A stretch of DNA of 64,000 nt. Origin: the human T2T-CHM13v2.0 reference genome, Homo sapiens. Shown here one piece after another: positions 1 to 9,567 of this stretch. Location: NCBI RefSeq assembly GCF_009914755.1, contig NC_060939.1; one strand, 5' to 3'. Both the position numbers and the translations under genes were made by a program. Position 1 is the first letter of the stretch; each line of letters begins with the position of its first letter. The notes under the pieces are model-generated. The model had not been told where the DNA came from. It saw only the letters and a program-made list of their open reading frames with translations, and searched no databases.

Positions 1-311
1 GGGGACTCTGAGGAGTCCTCAGAGGAGGACACGGCAGAGCCCAATGGCTTCATTGATTGCCCATCACGGTGAGGACAGGGAAATGGGAGCTTGTGGGATT
101 CTGGTGATGACAGAGGTGAGTGTGGTGAAGCCCTAGGGGATGGTGAATGGTAGTTCCGGATCCCTGGTGAGGAGCTTCCCCTTAAGCCTGAGTTTCTGAG
201 AGGGGAGAGGGAGAAGCTGGGTGAGGCTCGCATGGACCTTGGGGTGTCCGTGCTGGGGGACCGTTCATAAGAAGAGCCACACAAGACCCTACTGTTCTTA
301 GGTGCAGACAT
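1..311 (-). CDS. 5' end of a further ACRO1-ORF copy (MSAPKNSRVL...), runs off the window edge
   Basis: ATG at 311-309 is exactly one period (6637) from the ATG at 6948 and has the same N-terminal sequence. Confidence 0.5.
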   Translation of the reverse strand, partial: MSAPKNSRVLCGSSYERSPSTDTPRSMRASPSFSLSPLRNSGLRGSSSPGIRNYHSPSPRASPHSPLSSPESHKLPFPCPHRDGQSMKPLGSAVSSSEDSSES

Positions 312-372
312 GATTAGGAAACCTGCAGCTCCCAGGGGCCCCCACTAATGTTCTAACTCGCAGAAGGAAGGA

Positions 373-386
373 GTGTGTGTGCGTGT

Positions 387-420
<34 letters not shown>

Positions 421-505
421 TTGTGTGTGTGCGGTGTGAGGTATGGGCCCCTTAAGGAAATGGAAATCAACCAACCAATGGGACAGACAGACAGACAGAC
501 AGACA
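373..505. repeat. (TG)n and (GACA)n microsatellites in the 5' leader (paralog about 7010-7143)
   Basis: Seen directly; lengths differ between periods. Confidence 0.9.
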
Positions 506-628
506 GAGATTCACTTGCCCAAGTGTTCTGTCCTGTCCTCTGAATCCGCTTCCAAGTCGCAAGACGCTGTGAGCTCCAAGTCCACGCAGAGTCCGCCAAA
601 CGCTGCGGCCGCTGATCCGCTCCGCGAA

Positions 629-699
629 GATCTGAGTACAGGCCAGCCAGGGTGGGTTTAAATAGCCTCGGGCGCAGCCTAGCAGCGGAAAGGGCGGAG
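629..699 (-). promoter_or_regulatory. Same core promoter in the adjacent period (predicted +1 at 633, TATA-like 664-657, GC box 692-699)
   Basis: Identical motifs one period away from 7266-7336. Confidence 0.6.
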
Positions 700-1161
700 C
701 TTCACTCCTCCTTTCCATCAGTCACCCCCAACTTTCCCAGGCTACACCTCGTAGGAAACTGTTCTCCTGCTTTGATTTCATGCGCCACCTTTGGGACAAT
801 CTAAGAACTTACAGGTTTTCTTGGCCAGATTTATTAGGAATTGTATGCACTGAAACACTGAAAACCAACTAGTGGTTCTGTGCTTCCCACGTTGTGGTTT
901 TGACACCAGCAGCATCCTTGCCACAATCAAACCCCGGAGATCCGCAGATCTGTGTTGTAACAAGACCTCCCCCTGACCCTGAAGCATGGCAGTTGAAGAA
1001 GTCTTTCCGTGTAAGCGAAAAGACTTTGAAGAAAAGGTGGAGATATGCGTTGTATAAACATTCTTTTGCTCTGGAACCACGTAGAGACTTGGGAGCCAGT
1101 TGGGTGGAGCATTCGTTGGATGAGGGTGCTCGGGTTAGGAATATCAAGGTGTTTCTCCAGA

Positions 1162-1172
1162 TAATCCAATCA
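1162..1172 (+). promoter_or_regulatory. DUX4-type motif TAATCCAATCA
   Basis: Exact match to TAAYYYAATCA, about 530 bp upstream of the predicted minus-strand TSS. The paralogous site 7799-7809 reads TAATCCAACCA. Confidence 0.45.
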
Positions 1173-1249
1173 TCTAATTAAGATTCCAGTTATGCTCATC
1201 TGTTTTAAAATTCCGTTTGGGTAAATTCTTTTAGTCAGACTGAGAATGG

Positions 1250-1720
1250 CAAAGCCTCAACCCCAATTTCCAGGGAGGGTGGAGAGCCTCAGGTGGAGTT
1301 GATCACCAATAGCCTATAGTTTAACCCATCATGCCTATAGAATGAGGTCTCCATCAAAATCCAAAAGGACTGGGTTCAGAGAGCTTCTGGATAACACTTC
1401 CTGGAAGGTAGTGCGGCCCTCCCCGCATGGCGGGCCCCACATTTATTTCTGAACTTTGTGCAATGTCCGCTAAATTACAACGGCAAATGTAAGTGTTTCC
1501 CTGCGTGCTGTGAGCTCTTCCAGCAAATGAATGCAACTAAATCTGGGAGTGGTGGCAACCTGATTTATAGCCAGTTGCTGAGAAGTACAGGTAAAACAAC
1601 TTAGGGCTTCCCATTGTTATTGGTGTGGGAGGCCTGTCTGGCGGGACTCGGCCCTTTGGAATCTAATGCTATGTCCCGGTAGATAGCGTCACCATTGAAT
1701 TAGAAGACACACATATGTGG
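1250..1720 (+). mobile_element. MER21-like LTR remnant (paralog about 7887-8357)
   Basis: ggagttgatcaccaat...catgcctat...ccaaaaggactgggttcagagagcttc...ttatagccagttg resembles the MER21 family. Boundaries approximate. Confidence 0.6.
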
Positions 1721-1859
1721 AGAATAATCTTTCTGGTCATTTGCTGCATGTCTTATTTACAATATGTAATCAAATTCTTTATCCTGACCTTATGGCACCT
1801 GGGTTTGAACCAAAAGTTGGTCTGTCACTTTCTGAGTTTGAAACTTTATTTTGCCTTTA

Positions 1860-2175
1860 GCGTTTTGCTATTGCTTTTTCGTTTTCTTTTGTTTCGTTTC
1901 GTTTCTAAGTTCTGGGGTATATGTGCAGGATGTGCAGATTTGTTACTAAGGTAAACGTGTGCCATGGTGGTTTGCTGCACCTGTCAACCCGTCACCTAGG
2001 TATTAAGCCCAGCATGCAGTAGCTGTTTTTCTTAACGCTCTGCCTCCCGAACGGCCCCAGTGTGTGTTGTTCCCCTTCCTGTGTCCATGGGATCTCACTT
2101 TTCAGCTCCCATTATAAGTGAGAAGGTGGCGTTTGGTTTTCTTTCCCTGGATTAGTTTGCTGACGATAATGACCA
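1860..2175 (-). mobile_element. L1PA-type 3' end fragment (paralog about 8510-8825)
   Basis: T-rich tail followed by atgtgcaggatgtgcag...ggtaaacgtgtgccatggtggtttgctgcacc...cacctaggtattaagccc, the reverse complement of an L1PA 3' UTR. Confidence 0.8.
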
Positions 2176-2561
2176 CACATCACCACTGTTTTTGTTTTTT
2201 AGTATAAAGAGTAGTATTTTATTGAATAAGATTTGCTCACAGAAAAATAAGCTTAAATCTACAATGAATGCCAGACCCTACAGCAGAAAGCAATTTTCTC
2301 ACTTTTCCACACACAATGGTTCCTACTAAGTGAAAAAAAAGCCATAAAATTTCATTCACAAATGTACTACTCTGTCTCAAAACATCTCACGTAATCATGC
2401 ACTGTACTAAAGCCATCAGATCAGTTCTTCAGTCAGGTTAAAGAAGTATCCCTCTAATAACTGACTTTTATAATGCTATCAATATCCACTCCCAATCAGT
2501 CTGCCATTGTTAGTGGTGTACAGCATTACTGAATACAACGGAATTGATGACGCCCATATCC

Positions 2562-2690
2562 ACAGACAAACCGTGACTTATGATGGTTTGATTTATGATT
2601 TTTCAACGTTATGATGGGTTTTTTGGAATATTAGATTCGTTTCTGAGTTACACTGGGTTTATGAGTATGCGACCCTACACTCCAGAAACA
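2562..2690. mobile_element. TcMar-Tigger MITE remnant, MER47-like (paralog about 9212-9340)
   Basis: gacttatgatggtttgatttatgatttttcaacgttatgatggg resembles a CpG-decayed MER47/Tigger5 terminus. Confidence 0.4.
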
Positions 2691-2917
2691 GCTGTATAAG
2701 GAAAAACAGGTGTACCTAATAAAAATATGCTTAGTGACTTGGGATAAACCAATAGATGTTCACAAGTGATGGAGAGCCGTGAAAGAGAGATAGCGGTAAA
2801 TAGTTACAATAACACAATTTTCCTGCACCTGTCGAGGATTTCCCCCAAAAAACGCAGAATGTGGGATGCACCTAAGGCATATGAAAGAGAGAGGGCAGAA
2901 GGAGTAAGAGAGAAATA

Positions 2918-3076
2918 GGAGGAAGGAAGGAAGGAAGCAAGGAAGAAAGGAAGGAAGGAAAGAAGGAAGGTAGGACGGAAGGAAGGAAGGAAGGAAGGAA
3001 GGAAAGAAGGATGAAAGGAAAGAAGGAAGGTAGGACGGAAGGAAGGAAGGAAGGAAAGAAGGACGAAAGGAAGGAG
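2918..3076. repeat. (GGAA)n-rich polypurine microsatellite, period 1
   Basis: Seen directly. Confidence 0.95.
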
Positions 3077-3129
3077 AAAACACCGGTGTTACTAAAACCC
3101 CCCAAAAAATGGTTTCCCCCTGTGGGTAA

Positions 3130-3470
3130 GCCTACAATGTGGATGAATCTTGAAAATATTGTGCTACGTGTTATGTCAGTCATAGCAGCTCACCTATTGT
3201 GCAATTCCGTTTATAGGAAACGTCCACAATATGGAAATCTATGCATATGGGATTGATCGCACTAGGTAGTTGCTACCTAGGGCTGAGGGTCAGGGAGAGG
3301 GTTTGAGACAGAATGAGGAGTGACTAATGTCTACAGGGTTTTTCTCTGGTCGGGGGTGATAAGACGTTCTACAATGGATTGCGAAATAAAATTGAATGTG
3401 CACAACCAGAGGTATAGTAAAAGCCACTGAATTCATGACTTTTAATGGGGGAATCTTATGTGGCGCAGTC
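3130..3470 (+). mobile_element. Old L1M (L1MB-like) 3' end fragment (paralog about 9820-10160)
   Basis: tggatgaatcttgaaaatattgtgcta...ggagtgactaatg..tacagggttt...tgcacaac...aaaagccactgaatt matches the L1MB-type 3' UTR pattern. Confidence 0.65.
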
Positions 3471-3672
3471 TCATGGAGACCACGGCAGACATAGTGAGAG
3501 AGAAAAAGGTGAGTAAATATCTGAAACGGAGGCAGAAACAGAGAGAATGAAAAGCCCTGTGAATGGAAGGGAGAGCGAAAAGGGAAAATGGTCCTATTTA
3601 CAAATGACAGATGTGAAACTGGGGTTCACATCAACAGTGTCACTGCCAGGAAGGAGGGTCATGCTAGCCATG

Positions 3673-6600
3673 TCACCGGTAGTGTGGGCCGCAGGGACGC
3701 CGACCTGCTGGAGCGTCGAGCCAGCATGGGCTGTTGCATCCACGTGGGCCAGCAGGAGGTTCCCCCTGCACAGCTGTGGGGTGAGGATAGACTGGGTGGT
3801 GATATCGGCCATTACAGGGGCCTCTTCTGCTGGCAAGAGTGTGACAGTAGCAAGTAGATGGACAGGCCTGCGTGTGAGGACGGAATGCAGGAGGGGCTCT
3901 TGTGCGGCTGGGTGTGGGGCCCTCACGGGAATCGTGGAGAAATGGCCAGGTAAATGCGTCATGTGGGCTGGTAGATTGGCCAGGGCTTCGAACTGAAGGA
4001 CGATAACGGGGAGCAGCTCTCAGGCCCTGGGAGTGCCTGAGTGTAAGTGGAGATGGGTTTGGGGTCACTGAGGGATGCGTGGGAGCCATCCCCGTATAGG
4101 TACAGGTCATAGGGAGATGATAGTCTCGTGAGGCCTGTGAGTGTCTAGGGTTGTCCTGGGTGCCTGGGGCTGACTGTGGCAGAAATCTGGGGAAGGCTGG
4201 AGAGAAGCTGGGAGACCCAGGAGAGTCCCTGAAGGCAGGGGCTGAAGAGGTGAAAGAAATGGGGGAGGGTTGCAGTAAGGTCCGTGAGTTTGTAGGTGAT
4301 TCCTGGGTGCGGGAAGCTGACTCCAGGTGAAATCTGGAGATGGTTGGAGAGTAGCTGAGAGAGACAGAAGAGTCCCTGAGGGCTGGGGGTGAGAACATGA
4401 GGGAGACGGGGGAGTAAGTCAGTGAAATTCGTGAGTTCGTTGGTGTATCGTGGGTGCCTGGAACTGACTCCAGCTGGAATCTAGAGAAGTTTTGAGAGTA
4501 GCTGAAAGAGACACAAGAGTCCCTGTGGGCTGAGGGCAAAGTCCTGAGAGAGACCAGGGAGGACCTCAGTGAAGTCTGTGAGTCTGTAGGTGATTCCGGA
4601 GTGTGGGAGGCTGACTCCCGCTGAAATCTGGGCGTGGTGGGCGATAAGCTGGGACAAACAGGAGAGTCCCAGGGGGCTGGGAGTGATGACATGAGAGAGA
4701 CTGGGGAGTAACTCAGTGAAATTGCTGAGTTGGTTGGTGATACCTGGGTGCCTGGAACTGACCCCCGCTGAAATCTGGGCATGGTTGGAGAGTAGCTGGG
4801 ACACACAGGAGAGTCCCTGAGGGCTGGGGGTGAAGACATGAGCGAGACCGGGGAGTAACTGAGTGAAACTGGTGAGTTTGGTGGTGACTCCGGGGTGCCT
4901 GGAACTGACTCCAGCTGAAATGTGGGCGTGGTTGGAGAGTAGCTGGGACAGACAGGAGAGTCCCTGAGGACTGGTGAAGACATGAGAGAGAGTGGAGAGT
5001 AATTGAGTGAAATTGGTGAGTTTGGTGGTGATTCCTGGGTGCCTGGAACTGACTCCCGCTGAAGTGTGGGCGTGGTTGGAGAGTAGCTGGGACACACAGG
5101 AGAGTCCCTGAGGGTTGGAGATAAAGACGTGCTAGAGACTGAGGAGTAACTGAGTGAAATTGGTGAGTTTGGTGGTGATTCCGGGGTGCCTGGAACGGAC
5201 TCCAGCTGAAATGTGGGCGTGGTTGGAGAGTAGCTGGGACAGACGGGAGAGTCCCTGAGGGATGGTGAAGACATGAGAGAGACTGGGGAGTAACGCAGTG
5301 AAATTGGTGAGTTTGGTGGTGATTTCTGGGTGCCTGCAACGGACTCCCGCTGAAGTGTGGGCGTGCTTGGAGAGTAGCTGGGACAGACAGGCGAGTCCCT
5401 GAGGGTTGGAGATAAAGACGTGCTAGAGACTGAGGAGTAACTGAGTGAAATTGGTGAGTTTGGTGGTGATTCCGGGGTGCCTGGAACGGACTCCAGCTGA
5501 AATGTGAGCGTGGTTGGAGAGTAGCTGGGACAGACGGGAGAGTCCCTGAGGGATGGTGAAGACATGAGAGAGACTGGGGAGTAACGCAGTGAAATTGGTG
5601 AGTTTGGTGGTGATTTCTGGGTGCCTGCAACTGACTCCCGCTGAAGTGTGGGCGTGCTTGGAGAGTAGCTGGGACAGACAGGCGAGTCCCTGAGGGTTGG
5701 AGATAAAGACGTGCTGGAGACTGGGGAGTAACTCAGTGAAAGTGGTGGGCTTGGTGGTGATCCCAGGGTTCCTGGAACTGACCCGCGCTGAAATGTGGGC
5801 GTGGTTGGAGAGTAGCTGGGACAGACTGGAGGGTCCGTAAGGGCTGGGGGTGAAGACGTGAGAGAGACTGGCGAGGATCTCACTGAGGTCTGTGAGTTTC
5901 TAGGTGTTTCTGGGGTGTGGGGTACAGACTCCCGCTGAAATCTGGGCGTAGTTGGAGAGTAGCTGGGACAGACAGGAGAGTCATGGGTGGCTGGGGGTGA
6001 GCTGCTGGATGATGGCAGTAAGAACATATGGTACATTATTGATGAATGAGGTGACTGTGAAGAATCTCCAGAGGAGGACACGGGAGAACACAATGACATG
6101 AGTGACTGTCCTGCTTGGTTAGGAAAGGGAAACGTAAAGTTGTGGAATTCTGTTGATGATGGATGTGAGAGTGGCGAAGCCCTGCGGGATGATGTAGAGG
6201 ACTTCCACATCCCTGGTGAGGAGCTGCCCCTTGGGTCTGAGTTTCTGGGAGGGGAGAGGGAGAAGCTGGGTGAGGCAGGCATGAATCTTGAGGAGTCAGG
6301 GCTGGGGGACCGCTCATATTCTCCCGAGACCTGTGAGTCTCTGGTGGACTCCTGGGTGCATGGGGCTGGCTCCCGCAGGAACCTGGGGAAGGCTGGAGAG
6401 TAACTGGGAGCCACAGGAGGGTCCCTGAGGCCTGGGGGTGAAGAGATGCAAGACACAGGGATGGAGCAGCGTGAGGCTCGTGAGTTTGTAGGTGATTCCT
6501 GGGTGTGGGGGGCTGACTCCAGCTGAAATCTGGGGTTGTTTGGAGAGTAGCTGGGAGACACAGGAGACCCCCCGAGAGCTGGGGGTGAGCTGCTGGGTGA

Positions 6601-6948
6601 TGGCAGTAAGAACATGTGGTATATTATTGATGAACGTGGGGACTCTGAGGAATCCTCAGAGGAGGACACGGGAGAGCCCAATGGCTTCATTGATTGCCCA
6701 TCACGGTGAGGACAGGGAAATGGGAGCTTGTGGGATTCTGGTGATGGCAGAGGTGAGTGTGGTGAAGCCCTAGGGTCTGGTGAATGGCAGCTCCGGATCC
6801 CTGGTGAGGAGCTTCCCCTTAAGCCTGAGTTTCTGAGAGGGGAGAGGGAGAAGCTGGGTGAGGCTCGCATGGACATTGGGGAATCCGGGCTGGGGGACCG
6901 TTCATAAGAAGAGCCAGACAAGACCCTACTGTTCTTAGGTGCAGACAT
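3673..6948 (-). CDS. Putative ACRO1-encoded Ser/Pro-rich protein, 1091 aa, 48/49-aa repeats with Pol II CTD-like YSP[TS]TP motifs
   Basis: Uninterrupted 3276-nt ORF. It is the first ATG downstream of a TATA/Inr promoter and has A at -3 (aatcATG). Repeat units are 147 or 144 bp, both multiples of 3. The frame is conserved in the neighbouring copy. Translation is not demonstrated. Confidence 0.6.
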   Translation of the reverse strand: MSAPKNSRVLSGSSYERSPSPDSPMSMRASPSFSLSPLRNSGLRGSSSPGIRSCHSPDPRASPHSPLPSPESHKLPFPCPHRDGQSMKPLGSPVSSSEDSSESPRSSIIYHMFLLPSPSSSPPALGGSPVSPSYSPNNPRFQLESAPHTQESPTNSRASRCSIPVSCISSPPGLRDPPVAPSYSPAFPRFLREPAPCTQESTRDSQVSGEYERSPSPDSSRFMPASPSFSLSPPRNSDPRGSSSPGMWKSSTSSRRASPLSHPSSTEFHNFTFPFPNQAGQSLMSLCSPVSSSGDSSQSPHSSIMYHMFLLPSSSSSPPATHDSPVCPSYSPTTPRFQRESVPHTPETPRNSQTSVRSSPVSLTSSPPALTDPPVCPSYSPTTPTFQRGSVPGTLGSPPSPPLSLSYSPVSSTSLSPTLRDSPVCPSYSPSTPTLQRESVAGTQKSPPNSPISLRYSPVSLMSSPSLRDSPVCPSYSPTTLTFQLESVPGTPESPPNSPISLSYSSVSSTSLSPTLRDSPVCPSYSPSTPTLQRESVAGTQKSPPNSPISLRYSPVSLMSSPSLRDSPVCPSYSPTTPTFQLESVPGTPESPPNSPISLSYSSVSSTSLSPTLRDSPVCPSYSPTTPTLQRESVPGTQESPPNSPISLNYSPLSLMSSPVLRDSPVCPSYSPTTPTFQLESVPGTPESPPNSPVSLSYSPVSLMSSPPALRDSPVCPSYSPTMPRFQRGSVPGTQVSPTNSAISLSYSPVSLMSSLPAPWDSPVCPSLSPTTPRFQRESASHTPESPTDSQTSLRSSLVSLRTLPSAHRDSCVSFSYSQNFSRFQLESVPGTHDTPTNSRISLTYSPVSLMFSPPALRDSSVSLSYSPTISRFHLESASRTQESPTNSRTLLQPSPISFTSSAPAFRDSPGSPSFSPAFPRFLPQSAPGTQDNPRHSQASRDYHLPMTCTYTGMAPTHPSVTPNPSPLTLRHSQGLRAAPRYRPSVRSPGQSTSPHDAFTWPFLHDSREGPTPSRTRAPPAFRPHTQACPSTCYCHTLASRRGPCNGRYHHPVYPHPTAVQGEPPAGPRGCNSPCWLDAPAGRRPCGPHYR
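4140..6940 (-). repeat. ACRO1 satellite (147-bp monomer) array, copy 1
   Basis: Motif gagagtagctgggac recurs at 147/144-bp spacing, matching the known ACRO1 monomer length. Boundaries approximate. Confidence 0.85.
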
Positions 6949-7265
6949 GATTAGGAAACCTGCAGCTCCCAGGGGCCCCTACTAATGTTCTAACTCGCAG
7001 AAGGAAGGAGTGTGTGTGCGTGTGAGCGTGTGCTTGTGTGTGCGTGTGTGTGTGTGTGTGTTTGTGTGTGTGCGGTGTGAGGTATGTGCCCCTTAAGAAA
7101 ATGGAAATCAACCAACCAATGGGACAGACAGACAGACAGACAGAGATTCACTTGCCCAAGTGTTCTGTCCTGTCCTCTGAATCCGCTTCCAAGTCGCAAG
7201 ACGCTGTGAGCTCCAAGTCCACGCAGAGTCCGCCAAACGCTCCGGCCGCTGATCCGCTCCGCGAA

Positions 7266-7336
7266 GATCTGAGTACAGGCCAGCCAGGGTGGGTTTAAAT
7301 AGCCTCGGGCGCAGCCTAGCAGCGGAAAGGGCGGAG
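7266..7336 (-). promoter_or_regulatory. Pol II core promoter: GC box (7329-7336), TATTTAAA (7301-7294), Inr TCAGATC with predicted +1 at 7270
   Basis: On the minus strand TATTTAAA starts 31 nt upstream of the A in a YYANWYY match. GGGCGGAG lies about 60 nt upstream. The segment is CpG-rich. Confidence 0.6.
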
Positions 7337-9567
7337 CTTCACTCCTCCTTTCCATCAGTCACCCCCAACTTTCCCAGGCTACACCTCGTAGGAAACTGTT
7401 CTCCTGCTTTGATTTCATGCGCCACCTTTGGGACAATCTAAGAACTTACAGGTTTTCTTGGCCAGATTTTTTAGGAATTGTATGCACTGAAACACTGAAA
7501 ACCAACTAGTGGTTCTGTGCTTCCCACGTTGTAGTTTTGACACCAGCAGCATCCTTGCCACAATCAAACCCCGGAGATCCGCAGATCTGTGTTGTAACAA
7601 GACCTCCCCCTGACCCTGATGCATGGCAGTTGAAGATGTCTTTCCGTGTAAGCGAAAAGACTTTGAAGAAAAGGTGGAGATATGCGTTGTATAAACATTC
7701 TTTTGCTCTGGAACCACGTAGAGACTTGGGAGCCAGTTGGGTGGAGCATTCGTTGGATGAGGGTGCTCGGGTTAGGAATATCAAGGTGTTTCTCCAGATA
7801 ATCCAACCATCTAATTAAGATTCCAGTTATGCTCATCTGTTTTAAAATTCCGTTTGGGTAAATTCTTTTAGTCAGACTGAGAATGGCAAAGCCTCATCCC
7901 CAATTTCCAGGGAGGGTGGAGAGCCTCAGGTGGAGTTGATCACCAATAGCCTATGGTTTAACCCATCATGCCTATAGAATGAGGTCTCCATCAAAACCCA
8001 AAAGGACTGGGTTCAGAGAGCTTCTGGATAACACTTCCTGGAAGGTAGTGCGCCCCTCCCCGCATGGCGGGCCCCACATTTATTTCTGAACTTTGTGCAA
8101 TGTCCGCTAAAATACAACGGCAAATGTAAGTGTTTCCCTGCGTGCTGTGAGCTCTTCCAGCAAATGAATGCAACTAAATCTGGGAATGGTGGCAACCTGA
8201 TTTATAGCCAGTTGCTGAGAAGCACAGGTAAAACAACGTACGGCTTCCCATTGTTATTGGTGTGGGAGGCCTGTCTGGCGGGACTCGGCCCTTTGGAATC
8301 TACTGCTATGTCCCGGTAGATAGCGTCACCATTGAATTAGAAGACACACATATGTGGAGAATAATATTTCTGGTCATTTACTGCATGTCATATTTACAAT
8401 ATGTAATCAAATTCTTTATCCTGACCTTATGGCACCTGGGTTTAGGACCATGATTTGAACCAAACGTTGGTCTGTCACTTTCTGAGTTTGAAACTTTATT
8501 TTGCCTTTAGCGTTTTGCTATTGCTTTTTCGTTTTCTTTTGTTTCGTTTCGTTTCTAAGTTCTGGGGTATATGTGCAGGATGTGCAGATTTGTTACTAAG
8601 GTAAACGTGTGCCATGGTGGTTTGCTGCACCTGTCAACCCGTCACCTAGGTATTAAGCCCAGCATGCAGTAGCTGTTTTTCTTAACGCTCTGCCTCCCGA
8701 AAGGCCCTAGTGTGTGTTGTTCCCCTTCCTGTGTCCATGGGATCTCACTTTTCAGCTCCCATTATAAGTGAGAAGGTGGCGTTTGGTTTTCTTTCCCTGG
8801 ATTAGTTTGCTGACGATAATGACCACACATCACCACTGTTTTTGTTTTTTAGTATAAAGAGTAGTATTTTATTGAATAAGATTTGCTCACAGAAAAATAA
8901 GCTTAAATCTACAATGAATGCCAGACCCTACAGCAGAAAGCAATTTTCTCACTTTTCCACACACAATGGTTCCTACTAAGTGAAAAAAAAGCCATAAAAT
9001 TTCATTCACAAATGTACTACTCTGTCTCAAAACATCTCACGTAATCATGCACTGTACTAAAGCCATCAGATCAGTTCTTCAGTCAGGTTAAAGAAGTATC
9101 CCTCTAATAACTGACTTTTATAATGCTATCAATATCCACTCCCAATCAGTCTGCCATTGTTAATGGTGTACAGCATTACTGAATACAACGGAATTGATGA
9201 CGCCCATATCCACAGACAAACCGTGACTTATGATGGTTTGATTTATGATTTTTCAACGTTATGATGGGTTTAATGGAATATTAGATTCGTTTCTGAGTTA
9301 CACTGGGTTTATGAATATGCGACCCTACACTCCAGAAACAGCTGTATAAGGAAAAACAGGTGTACCTAATAAAATTATGCTTAGTGACTTGGGATAAACC
9401 AATAGATATTCACAAGTGATGGAGAGCCGTGAAAGAGAGATAGCGGTAAATAGTTACAATAACACAATTTTCCTGCACCTGTCGAGGATTTCCCCCAAAA
9501 AACGCAGAATGTGGGATGCACCTAAGGCATATGAAAGAGAGAGGGCAGAAGGAGTAAGAGAGAAACA

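Larger units (their letters stand above)
1..6637. repeat. ACRO1 composite macrosatellite, period 1 (6637 bp)
   Basis: The sequence at position 1 (ggggactctgagga) recurs at 6638 and 13321. The two periods align end to end with about 1.5% substitutions in the non-coding stretch checked by eye (700-1700 vs 7337-8337). Confidence 0.92.

Noticed and set aside
1-10. Window start is in the same phase as the array end at 13321-13329
   Set aside because: Probably coincidence or a result of how the window was cut. No biological inference is possible.
2760-3256. ORFs with LPSF / EGRK repeats (also 9410-9946)
   Set aside because: Translations of the GGAA microsatellite.
4481-5630. Overlapping 204-aa and 305-aa minus-strand ORFs (and 11167-12316 copies)
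   Set aside because: Alternative frames of the same 3n-periodic repeat, confined to the homogeneous core.
3673-6948. Calling the ORF a POLR2A fragment or a mucin
   Set aside because: No RPB1 catalytic domains, and heptads are spaced one or two per 49 aa rather than contiguous. There is no signal peptide or transmembrane segment.
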